From Candidatus Diapherotrites archaeon CG08_land_8_20_14_0_20_30_16 (GTDB lineage Archaea; Iainarchaeota; Iainarchaeia; Iainarchaeales; 0-14-0-20-30-16), in the NCBI GenBank assembly GCA_002779075.1, contig PEXK01000053.1:1-23730 (forward strand): 23,730 nt of DNA. The letters run 5' to 3'. Under the pieces are notes generated by a model. The model saw nothing but the letters and a program-made list of their open reading frames with translations, did no database searches and was not told where the DNA came from. Shown here one piece after another: positions 15,101 through 22,400 of the stretch (position 1 is its first letter; the number at the start of each line of letters is the position of its first letter). Both the position numbers and the translations under genes were made by a program.

Positions 15101-15102
15101 AT
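12085..15102 (-). CDS. Large (1005 aa) extracytoplasmic protein anchored at both ends, with beta-propeller/FG-GAP-like repeats and a central coiled coil; function unknown
   Basis: N-terminal signal/anchor MKNKIIFVGFILLLLFLTISLPGVYS and C-terminal TM ILSVIIFISLIIILISWVIY followed by KWTQR. Four acidic loops are each followed by a hydrophobic strand: ITNDSKKEIVIIG, DIDKDLFTEIVLF, PDLDKKGQNDLLIMS and DCDKDNALDFVTIN. A heptad-rich segment runs from about aa 450 to 600 (about nt 13300-13760). It is the first gene of an overlapping three-gene operon. Confidence 0.75.
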   Translation of the reverse strand: MKNKIIFVGFILLLLFLTISLPGVYSKYEKVDISQSNEKSYYLNTDKTDYITINQTVYAIENGKINWTYNDESNISNIEEFEDITNDSKKEIVIIGQNIFTPSIKILDASNGEIVKSNDESITVYGSTIPIIANTMIKINDNIYVSALNNIYKLNLNVTLTKVYQIDSSIQDIKLLGNNIIIFGQKTIYSLNSGFELIKSFTFDNYMSKPEIINDQIKISENSYNAQTKYIIFDAYLNVINKAQKSDFSKQQQANIQSCGKSSYFVDNDTSTLMVDNQEISKLTYAGAITCVYPKLYFVDKNGFVFIYDVETKNTTKKYKIPKEASYNIKIINEDLLLETITNGIKLYKKGVLYTSLETKPAFSEILGKSELTIQREPPFKYTYKGSSGFLSINKEVSIEKIVDYGDIDKDLFTEIVLFPKKYPPNLKAGVIIFRPENKKLLNINFVPTLDEIETILTDFDKNIGDLNKKILAKNATNTSLNKEINDYTNEIAQYNSDLQNLQNQRTIKYGLMQAKIAQGLDANAEKDDVEDLDKDISDLGKKLTSTNAKKSALEKQKQSTEPELYALQNELYKLTNLRQKYDVKSEEELTRFTISQATICGQYVISTLQNNFIYKTNIKTDNSERYTYLENLRDINNIYFTRTTCLPDLDKKGQNDLLIMSTENEKGQLRAISIESNQILWKKTVDFQTNSLLNLFTYSYGDYIILPTRSNLYVYSTNVSFIDQIKGNFSKVTKVGDFLVFGANEDSSPTVVFTKNSYFKVPIKLEEPVEDYFGLYDCDKDNALDFVTINFREEVPTLYCYNKNLEENYKLTAQEKQKGHYYGGGNTTNKIKITGDYLTILNYGTLPIQISQPNLNTVVDLDQKKIILMSALPLNYKDGKVFLGTQEFKPNTPKIISNSYATDDGTILEFNSQYKDVRKIIFYNLSENEWSIFNSMTYGDQTKLRLKSGTYNVTVALTQNNVYVVDNAEINVNYSSDKSILSVIIFISLIIILISWVIYKWTQR

Positions 15103-15194
15103 CTAATATATAATATAGTAAACATATATAAATTTATATCTTCAGTTCTATTATTAACTCTTTATTTTTTACTGGGTATTTTTAGGGGATTGTT

Positions 15195-17759
15195 TTGGAA
15201 ATAGAAAAACAAGGATTATCTAATACACAAGTGTTGGAACTAAGGCAAAAATATGGTTTTAATGAGATTAAAGTGGAGAACAAATCCCATTTTCTGAAGC
15301 TTTTTTGTCATCAGTTTGTCTCTTTTTTAGTGCTTATTTTGGTTTTTGCGACGATTTTATCTTTTGCTTTTGGCGATGTTTTAGATGGTATTGCAATATT
15401 TGCAATAATTGTAATAAATGGAATAATTGGTTTTTTGCAGGAATATAAAGCAGAAAATGCAGTTAAAGCTTTGAAGAAAATGTTGATACCAAAAACAGTA
15501 GTGTACAGAAATGGTATTCAGTTAGAAATATCATCTAGGGAATTAGTACCTGGGGACTTAGTTTTTCTATCAGAAGGGGATAAAATACCCAGTGATTGTG
15601 ATATTTTGCAAGCCTTTGCTTTTAGAGTAGATGAATCTATTTTAACTGGGGAAAGTAAAACAGTATATAAGAAAGAGGGGCAGGTATTTTCTGGTACTTT
15701 GGTTACTTCTGGAAAAGCCTATGTTAAAGTAACACATATAGGGAAGGATACTCAATTTGGTAAAATAGTTAGTTTGGTTGCAAAAGAAAAGAAGACAGAT
15801 AGTCTTTTGAATAAAGAAATGGACAAGCTGTCAAAAAAATTAGGAATTGGTATTCTGATTTTTGTTGTTGTTCTTTTTATTTTAGGATTGATTGAAGGGT
15901 TATCTATATATAATACTTTGATTACTGCAATTGCTTTAGGTGTAAGCGCAATTCCTGAAGGCCTCCCTATAATAATTACATTGACTTTAGCTATTGGTAC
16001 CCAGATTTTGGCAAGAAAAAAAGCAATAATAAGGAAAATGAGTGCAATAGAAACTCTTGGCTCTACTACGACTATTTGTTGCGATAAAACAGGCACATTA
16101 ACTTTAAATGAAATGACTGTTAAAAAAGTTAAAACTATTTCTTATGAATTTGATGTTCCTGGCACAGGTTATAGTTGGAAAGATAAAATAAACATAGTGA
16201 ATGATGAAACATCGAAATTATTGGATGTTTGCGAGAACTGCAATAATTCAAATGTTGAGAGTTATATTATTGGCGATTCAACAGAAGTGGCTTTAAAAGT
16301 TTTGACTAGGAAAGCAAATTGTGTTAATAAGTGCAAGGAATTGGATGAAATTCCATTTTCATCTGAAAGAAAAATGATGTCCACTTTGGTTTTTTGTAAC
16401 AGTAAAAAACAAATTTTTACAAAAGGTGCTTTTGAAGAAGTAATTAAAAAAAGCAGTTTTATTTTAGATAAAGGAAGAGTAAGAAAAATAGACTCCACAG
16501 ATAAAGAATTGTTTACAAAAATAAACACAGAGTATTCTGAAGATGCTCTGAGAGTTATTGCTTTTGCATACAAAGACTACACAAAAGATTTTGATGAGGA
16601 GAGTTTGATTTTTGTTGGATTAGTTGGAATGATAGATCCTCCAAGGGAAGATGTTCCTGGTGCTCTGGCTTTAGCAAAAGGTGCTGGTATTAAAGTAAAA
16701 ATTATAACCGGCGATAATAATTTAACTGCAAAAGCAATTGCCAAGAGAATTGGTCTGCCTCATGAGAACGTTGTTTTGGGTTCGGAAATTGACAAAATGA
16801 CTGACAATGAATTAAAAGAAGTTATTAGAAAAACACACATATTTGCAAGAACAAACCCAGAACATAAATATAGAATTGTTTCTCTGTTGCAGGAAATGGG
16901 CGAGATTGTAAGCGTAACAGGAGATGGTGTAAATGATGCTCCTGCTTTGAAAAAGAGTGATGTTGGAATAGCAATGGGAATTAAAGGAACAGAAGCAACA
17001 CGCGAGGTTGCTGATATTGTTTTGAAAGATGACAATTTTGCAACAATTATTTCTGCAATATCTGAAGGCAGAAGGTTGTATGCAAATATTCTTCTATTTG
17101 TCAAGTTTATGCTTTCTGCGAACTTTGGAATGTTGATTTTTGTAGCAATTTTATCTTTAGCAAGACTCCCCCTACCATTATTAGCTTTGCAAATTTTATG
17201 GATTAATATTGTAACTGATTCCCTTCCTGCATTAGCATTAGGAATGCAGGGTGCAGAAGAAAACATAATGCGAAGGACTCCTGCACCAAGACACGCAAAT
17301 CTTTTTGTGAAGTTCTGGAAATTTATACTAATCACTTTAGTTTTTTATATTCTTGCTTGTTTAGTTGTTTTCTGGTATGGTTATGTTTTTGATAAAGGGC
17401 AAGGTATTGATTTGAATGATTTTTCACAGCCAAGCAAAGCACGTACTTTGGTTTTCACACAGATTGTTGTTATGGAATTAGTTTTAGCATTCTCCTGTGC
17501 TTATAAACGACAAGAGTTTTTCTTTAAAGGAATAAAAGCTGTTCTTTCGAATTGGTATTTAATTGGTGCTGTTTTGATTTCTTTTGGCCTGCAATTAATT
17601 GTTGTTTATCTCCCCTTTTTCCAACTATTTTTCAAAACTGTTCCTTTAAATATTTATGATTGGTTAATTATATTTGCTCTTTCTTTGTTAATGTTATTTG
17701 TTCCATTATTTGAAAGATTATTAGAAAAAGCAGTAAGAAAAAAAGAAATCACAGGTTAG
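15195..17759 (+). CDS. P-type cation-transporting ATPase, type II (Ca2+/Na+ pump-like)
   Basis: Motifs: LTGES, AIPEGLP, CCDKTGTLT (phosphorylated Asp), KIITGDN and TGDGVNDAPALKKSDVGIAMG, with about 10 TM helices. TTG start at 15195 is preceded by AGGGGAT. Confidence 0.9.
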   Translation: MEIEKQGLSNTQVLELRQKYGFNEIKVENKSHFLKLFCHQFVSFLVLILVFATILSFAFGDVLDGIAIFAIIVINGIIGFLQEYKAENAVKALKKMLIPKTVVYRNGIQLEISSRELVPGDLVFLSEGDKIPSDCDILQAFAFRVDESILTGESKTVYKKEGQVFSGTLVTSGKAYVKVTHIGKDTQFGKIVSLVAKEKKTDSLLNKEMDKLSKKLGIGILIFVVVLFILGLIEGLSIYNTLITAIALGVSAIPEGLPIIITLTLAIGTQILARKKAIIRKMSAIETLGSTTTICCDKTGTLTLNEMTVKKVKTISYEFDVPGTGYSWKDKINIVNDETSKLLDVCENCNNSNVESYIIGDSTEVALKVLTRKANCVNKCKELDEIPFSSERKMMSTLVFCNSKKQIFTKGAFEEVIKKSSFILDKGRVRKIDSTDKELFTKINTEYSEDALRVIAFAYKDYTKDFDEESLIFVGLVGMIDPPREDVPGALALAKGAGIKVKIITGDNNLTAKAIAKRIGLPHENVVLGSEIDKMTDNELKEVIRKTHIFARTNPEHKYRIVSLLQEMGEIVSVTGDGVNDAPALKKSDVGIAMGIKGTEATREVADIVLKDDNFATIISAISEGRRLYANILLFVKFMLSANFGMLIFVAILSLARLPLPLLALQILWINIVTDSLPALALGMQGAEENIMRRTPAPRHANLFVKFWKFILITLVFYILACLVVFWYGYVFDKGQGIDLNDFSQPSKARTLVFTQIVVMELVLAFSCAYKRQEFFFKGIKAVLSNWYLIGAVLISFGLQLIVVYLPFFQLFFKTVPLNIYDWLIIFALSLLMLFVPLFERLLEKAVRKKEITG

Positions 17760-17763
17760 AATT

Positions 17764-18108
17764 ATGCCATTAATATATATCCATTTAATATTTGATGTAC
17801 TTTTAATTGGTTTTATTTTTGTTTTTGACAAAGAGTTGCGTAATCAATTTCTTAAAAATAAATTAGTTTTGCTTTGGTTATCTTTAGTTGTTTTTGGATC
17901 AAATATAATAGATATAGATCATTTATTAGCAAATCCAATATACGACCCCAACAGATGTGGAATAAATTTCCATCCGTTGCATAGTTGGTATTTTATGCCA
18001 GTATGGGTTTTGGGCATGTTATTTAGGAATAAATATATAAGGTACTTTTGTTTAGCAGTTCTTTTGCATTTATGGTTAGATTATATGGGTTGTATTGGTT
18101 TGTTATAA
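17764..18108 (+). CDS. Small polytopic membrane protein with a conserved His/Asp motif (resembles uncharacterised DUF6122-like families)
   Basis: Three to four hydrophobic helices. The motif IDIDHLLANPIYDPNRCGINFHPLHS and a later LLHLWLDY resemble a conserved uncharacterised family; the family name is from memory. It starts 4 nt after the ATPase stop. Confidence 0.55.
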   Translation: MPLIYIHLIFDVLLIGFIFVFDKELRNQFLKNKLVLLWLSLVVFGSNIIDIDHLLANPIYDPNRCGINFHPLHSWYFMPVWVLGMLFRNKYIRYFCLAVLLHLWLDYMGCIGLL

Positions 18109-18124
18109 AACTAAAAAACGCCAA

Positions 18125-18547
18125 CTAGAAAGTTAACTTGCTTTTTTTAATTTGAATTCCTTTTTTTGTACCTCTTGTTATTTCTATTACATTTGATTTT
18201 TTAGGCTGGAACTCTTTTATTAAATAGTTTATTGCTTTGTCTGGGCATGTTTTACCACAGGTATAAATATCCATTGCGCAATACTCGCTTTCAGGAAATG
18301 TATGTATGCTTAAATTGGATTCTGAGATTGTGATAACAACACTAACTCCTTGAGGACTAAATTTATGGCTAAAAGAATTAAGAATATGTCCCTTGGCTTT
18401 AACAACAGCTAATTCCATATCTTTCTTTATTTTTTTTATGTTGTTTAGCTTGTCTGGTTTAACACCCCAGAACTCTGCAACAAAATGTTTGCTTTCAGTT
18501 TCCAATTTAGTCTCATCTCCTTTATTTGAATTGTAAAGAATATGCAT
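18125..18547 (-). CDS. speH: S-adenosylmethionine decarboxylase proenzyme (pyruvoyl-dependent, small prokaryotic class)
   Basis: VVITISESNLSIHTFPESEYCAMDIYTCG matches the self-cleavage and active-site region (E-S cleavage site, then HTxPE, then D-x-x-TCG). The size (140 aa) is typical. Confidence 0.85.
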   Translation of the reverse strand: MHILYNSNKGDETKLETESKHFVAEFWGVKPDKLNNIKKIKKDMELAVVKAKGHILNSFSHKFSPQGVSVVITISESNLSIHTFPESEYCAMDIYTCGKTCPDKAINYLIKEFQPKKSNVIEITRGTKKGIQIKKSKLTF

Positions 18548-18755
18548 TTTGGCTTGTAATAGTTTTTTTAGTTGACAAGTTCAATTTGTTTTCCTATTCT
18601 AAAAAATTAGAAATATTTATAATTAAAAAGGAATGTTTAAAAACTTATTCCCGTTTTTGCCTTTTTTGTTTAAATTAGGCATATTTTACATAAGCATATA
18701 AATATTATTGCCATAATTTATACGATCCTAATTATTTAAATGATCTGGTGGTTTT

Positions 18756-19388
18756 ATGCAATGCGATATTTGTGGCAAGGAGACAAGAGTCTTTTTGACC
18801 GAGATGGAAGGTGCAAAGATTTATGTTTGTGGTTTGTGTAACCCTTCTGGTGATGGTAAGGTTGCAAGACAACAAAGAACAGAGTTTAGTTCTGATTTTG
18901 TAAGAAAAACCTATGTACCCAAATTTGCAATGCGTAAGCAAGAACCATTTGATTTAAATAATTACGATTTAACAGAAAATAGTTCTGAACAGATTCGTAA
19001 ACTAAGAGAGTCAAAGAATCTGAATGTAGAAGACTTTGCAAGAACACTTTATGTTACTGCATCCTATCTTTTGAAGGTTGAGCAAGGCAAGTTGAAACCT
19101 AGTGCAGCTTTGCTTTTAAAATTATATGAAAAATACAATTTACTTTTGGTTAACAAAATTCCTGGCAAAGAACCAGAACCAAAAAAAGACTTTCCACAAA
19201 GACCAACAATTGAAAGAAATTTACCAGAAAGAAGATTTGAAAACAAAAGATTTGAACCAAGAAAATTTGAAGGCCAAAAAAAAGAAGAAAAGTTTCTAGG
19301 CTCAAAAGAAATTTATGCACCCGAAGAACAAAAATGCGAAGGTATTGAAACTGTAAACCACAACAACAAAAAAAAACTAATCCTCTAA
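18756..19388 (+). CDS. mbf1: Archaeal multiprotein-bridging factor 1 (zinc ribbon plus cro/C1-type HTH) with an extended basic C-terminal tail
   Basis: N-terminal CxxC...CxxC (MQCDICGKE...VCGLCNPSG). HTH region: IRKLRESKNLNVEDFARTLYVTASYLLKVEQGKLKPS. There are about 75 additional K/R/E/P-rich residues, including three 15-nt repeats. Confidence 0.8.
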   Translation: MQCDICGKETRVFLTEMEGAKIYVCGLCNPSGDGKVARQQRTEFSSDFVRKTYVPKFAMRKQEPFDLNNYDLTENSSEQIRKLRESKNLNVEDFARTLYVTASYLLKVEQGKLKPSAALLLKLYEKYNLLLVNKIPGKEPEPKKDFPQRPTIERNLPERRFENKRFEPRKFEGQKKEEKFLGSKEIYAPEEQKCEGIETVNHNNKKKLIL

Positions 19389-19395
19389 ACATGTT

Positions 19396-19421
19396 ATTTT
19401 TATGTGCTGCGAGGTTATGAC
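19396..19421 (+). promoter_or_regulatory. Fourth copy of the TATA-plus-CTGCGAGGTT motif, positioned as a promoter/operator for the M50 protease gene
   Basis: ATTTTTATGTGCTGCGAGGTTATGAC is 23/26 identical to 1541-1566. The TATA-like core at 19397-19405 sits about 40 nt upstream of the ATG at 19440, a plausible archaeal promoter geometry with a short leader. Confidence 0.4.
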
Positions 19422-19439
19422 TTGTAAATTAATTTAATA

Positions 19440-20909
19440 ATGGTGTTGATATTGATGAGTTGGTTTTTTTGGCTTTTATTAATTCTTGTTTCATTTGCTT
19501 TTGCACAACTCATGAAATATGCATTTAATGCAAAGCTTTATCTTTTTTTAATATCAATGGTATCAAGCAAGAAAGCAGTTAAGATATTAGATTGGTTTGA
19601 ACGTGATAAATTTTGGTTAGAGCTATCCAAAATAGGTATTTTTCTTGGCTTTGGTTTTTTTGGTATTCTCTATTGGTACATCCACAGTCTTTTGCAGGGC
19701 AAAAGAAAAGATATTCTCCCATTCATTGGTTATTCTATATCAATTTTAATAATTGGGTTATTATTGGGTCAATTTGGGTCAATGAATAACTCCACATTTT
19801 ATGTTCTCAATGTAATTGTTTTCTTTTTCTTTGGTTTTGCAGGTTTTGGCATTCTGCTTTTGGGTTATCAGGCATTTTACATTATCAAAGGATATATTTC
19901 GGGCAGGGTTTCATGTCCTGGTGTAGTGCCTGTTATTCCTGGAGTTACTATTCCTGGCACTGATTTAAAGATTCCTTTTTTCGAAGGTTGGTTAGCACTG
20001 ATAATGATTATGATAGTTCATGAGTTAAGCCATGGTGTTTTGGCACGAAAAGTAAATATTTATGTTAAATCATTTGGTCTTTTATTGTTAGGATTTTTTC
20101 CAATAGGTGCTTTTACTGAACCTGATGAAAGAGAATTGCAAAAAGCAAAGACCAGAGACCAATTATTAGTTTATTCTTCTGGCCCAACATTTAATTTACT
20201 TTTTGCACTTGTTGTTTTCTTATTAAGTTTAGGACTGACGCTAATTTTTGGTTCTTATCTAATTACAAATCAGACGCAGAGTGTTGATGGCCTGTATTTA
20301 GTGGCTGTTTCAGATTATTCTGGAATGTGCAATTTAGGAGTAAAATCTCAGAACACTTCTTCGCTTAATCCTTTATTTTCGCAATTAGATAATAACAAAG
20401 AATCTTTTTTCAAAGAATATAGTGCAAGGATTGTTTCTTTGGACTCGAATTTGATTTTTACAAGATTAGACTTCTCAAAAACTTTAAAAGAAGCAATAGA
20501 CAAAAACAAAACCACTGTTGAACTAGTTCTCTTTGTTGAAGACATTAACAAAACCAAATCTCTTTACTACACTGCAAACCTCTCTTTAAATACTGATAAA
20601 TCTTTAGGAATTAAAAGTGTTGAGAAACCAAAAGAAAATCATCCATTTAACTTTTGGTATTTGTTTTTAGTTTTCATACTCACAACAATGCAATGGACTT
20701 ACTTGTTAAGTTTCATGGTAGGTCTTTTCAATTATATTCCAATAAAACCATTAGATGGTGGCGCTATGCTACCACACCTGGTGGACGAATTCATTCCCAA
20801 GTACACACGAGAAGAAAAACGCAAGAAGATAATTGGAATTGTAGGTTGGACAATAATCATTTTATTCCTAACTTTGATTTTGATTAATGCCTTGCCTTTG
20901 TTTATTTAA
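19440..20909 (+). CDS. Site-2 protease family (M50) intramembrane zinc metalloprotease
   Basis: HELSHG zinc motif within a TM helix (IVHELSHGVLARK) and the second signature FNYIPIKPLDGG. There are multiple TM helices and a soluble insert of about 150 aa between the motifs. Confidence 0.85.
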   Translation: MVLILMSWFFWLLLILVSFAFAQLMKYAFNAKLYLFLISMVSSKKAVKILDWFERDKFWLELSKIGIFLGFGFFGILYWYIHSLLQGKRKDILPFIGYSISILIIGLLLGQFGSMNNSTFYVLNVIVFFFFGFAGFGILLLGYQAFYIIKGYISGRVSCPGVVPVIPGVTIPGTDLKIPFFEGWLALIMIMIVHELSHGVLARKVNIYVKSFGLLLLGFFPIGAFTEPDERELQKAKTRDQLLVYSSGPTFNLLFALVVFLLSLGLTLIFGSYLITNQTQSVDGLYLVAVSDYSGMCNLGVKSQNTSSLNPLFSQLDNNKESFFKEYSARIVSLDSNLIFTRLDFSKTLKEAIDKNKTTVELVLFVEDINKTKSLYYTANLSLNTDKSLGIKSVEKPKENHPFNFWYLFLVFILTTMQWTYLLSFMVGLFNYIPIKPLDGGAMLPHLVDEFIPKYTREEKRKKIIGIVGWTIIILFLTLILINALPLFI

Positions 20910-20916
20910 TTATTTG

Positions 20917-21885
20917 TTAAAGTCTAATTTCTTCTTCCAGCCATTCTATATGTTCGTTTTTTCGTCTCCAAAACAAATCTTCCCAAACATAATGAAAAGC
21001 TAATTTCTCAAACCCTTTGAATCTTTCAAAGAATTTCATCAACTTTTCTGTTGAAACCAGTTCTTTGTCAAACAATAATCTAGATAAGATTTTCTGCTCC
21101 CAAGGAGGAATAGTTTGCAAAGAATCCAAAAAATAAAAATCTTCAAATAGTAAATATTCTACTGAAGCAGGGCCTATTCCATATAATTTTAGCATTTCTT
21201 TTCTCACTTCTTCTTTGCTCTTTTTTCTAAGGCTAAATTCGTCTATTTCTTTATTTGCAAATTGTTCTGAAAAATTTTTAAAGAATTTCGCTCTGTATCC
21301 TACTTTCAAATCTCGCAATTCTTGTTCTGAAACAGAATTCATTTTTTCAGGTTTCCAAAATACAGATAAAGTTTTATTATCAAACTTTATCTTGTAGCCC
21401 AACATTTCAAACAAGTTTTCTAACATTTGGACAGATCGTCTAACTGTTGCATTCTGAAGAACAATATAAATTATTAAAGTTTCATAAAGGGAGTTTGCAG
21501 CAATTGGTTTCATGCCTTTCCATTTTTTGACAAATTTTCCAAGGATTTTATCTTCTTTATATTTCTCACAAAATGCAGAAATATCCTGATCTAAATTAAA
21601 TCTCCATCTTAGTTCTGGAATTAATTTTGCTATAAAAGTTTCAGACAAAGTATTTTCAGAATAAACAATTACTTTTATTTTTGGTTTTTCTATTGTGCCT
21701 TTATTTTCTATTTTCAATCCTAATTTATGTTCTTGCCAAATCATAGTAATCCAATATTTGCCTTTTTCCCAAACATTATCAGAAGAAGGAAAATGAGATG
21801 GCTTGTAAAAATTAGCATCAAAGTTATAGGGGCTTTTTGGAATTATTGTAAAAGGTATTTTCTTGTTTAAAATTATAGTAGCCAT
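20917..21885 (-). CDS. HhH-GPD superfamily DNA glycosylase (AlkA/Ogg-like)
   Basis: Helix-hairpin-helix LKLYGIGPASVEYLL is followed by an Asp (FLDSL) at roughly the spacing of the catalytic Asp. The N-terminal domain is AlkA-N-like in size. GGTGAT lies 5 nt upstream of the ATG. Substrate is unknown. Confidence 0.6.
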   Translation of the reverse strand: MATIILNKKIPFTIIPKSPYNFDANFYKPSHFPSSDNVWEKGKYWITMIWQEHKLGLKIENKGTIEKPKIKVIVYSENTLSETFIAKLIPELRWRFNLDQDISAFCEKYKEDKILGKFVKKWKGMKPIAANSLYETLIIYIVLQNATVRRSVQMLENLFEMLGYKIKFDNKTLSVFWKPEKMNSVSEQELRDLKVGYRAKFFKNFSEQFANKEIDEFSLRKKSKEEVRKEMLKLYGIGPASVEYLLFEDFYFLDSLQTIPPWEQKILSRLLFDKELVSTEKLMKFFERFKGFEKLAFHYVWEDLFWRRKNEHIEWLEEEIRL

Positions 21886-22122
21886 GGTTTATCACCAGTT
21901 TTATCTGCAATTGAATTGCAACTAAAAGTTTTTGTTTTTCTAACTAAACTCAATTCTTTTATTTGTTTTCTTTAAATGTGAAATAGTTTTATTCTGTACT
22001 GATTATCAATAGAATATGTGACATATAGTATATCATAGTATTGAAAAGTGATTTTAAAAACATTGCTATTTTGTATCAAAACCTATATATTTAATAGGTT
22101 TAAGTACATTATGGCATTAAAA

Positions 22123-22397
22123 TGACCGGGGCGCGACTCGAACGCGCGATCTTCAACTTTCTCCCTATCCTTTTCTTTTTCACAAAAAGAAAAGCCTAAG
22201 TTTGCCAAAAGAAAAACTTAGGTTGCTTCGCAACTTGTTTCTTTGCGAAACCCCATATCAAAATGGCTCTGCAAGAGAGCTTTTGACAGGATGTAAAAGA
22301 TTTGTACCAACAGGTGCAAAATCTTCTACACTCTGCTTTCTTTACAAAGAAAGCGGTGGTAGGAGGTTGATGCCTTATCCAACTCGGCTACCCGGCC
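22123..22397 (-). tRNA. tRNA-Arg (anticodon CCU) interrupted by a 201-nt intron at the canonical 37/38 position
   Basis: Minus strand reads GGCCGGG TA GCCG AGTTGGATA AGGC A TCAAC CTCCTA [intron] A GTTGA AGATC GCGCG TTCGAGT CGCGC CCCGGTC A. The acceptor stem is 7 bp (one G-U) and the anticodon and T stems are 5 bp each. The GGATAAGGCA...CCTCCTAA pattern matches archaeal/eukaryal tRNA-Arg(CCU). No CCA is encoded, and a T-run follows the 3' end. Confidence 0.85.
22159..22359 (-). other. tRNA-Arg intron (201 nt), composed of six consecutive hairpins
   Basis: The boundaries follow from the cloverleaf. CTCC (nt 32-35) pairs with GGAG just 5' of the 3' junction, leaving 3-nt bulges UAC and AAA (BHB-like). 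The outer helix on the intron side is weak. Confidence 0.75.
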
Positions 22398-22400
22398 AAG

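Noticed and set aside
16760-17335. 191-aa minus-strand ORF, and other antisense ORFs inside the P-type ATPase (15752-16096, 16262-16573)
   Set aside because: They are fully nested antisense to a strongly supported CDS whose conserved motifs (GDGVNDAPAL and others) are on the plus strand. The antisense translations are low-complexity with no recognisable motifs.
22159-22359. A box C/D sRNA embedded in the tRNA-Arg intron, as in the haloarchaeal tRNA-Trp intron
   Set aside because: I found no RUGAUGA (C box) or appropriately placed CUGA (D box) on the minus strand; the closest is TTGATATGG. A manual scan cannot exclude it completely.
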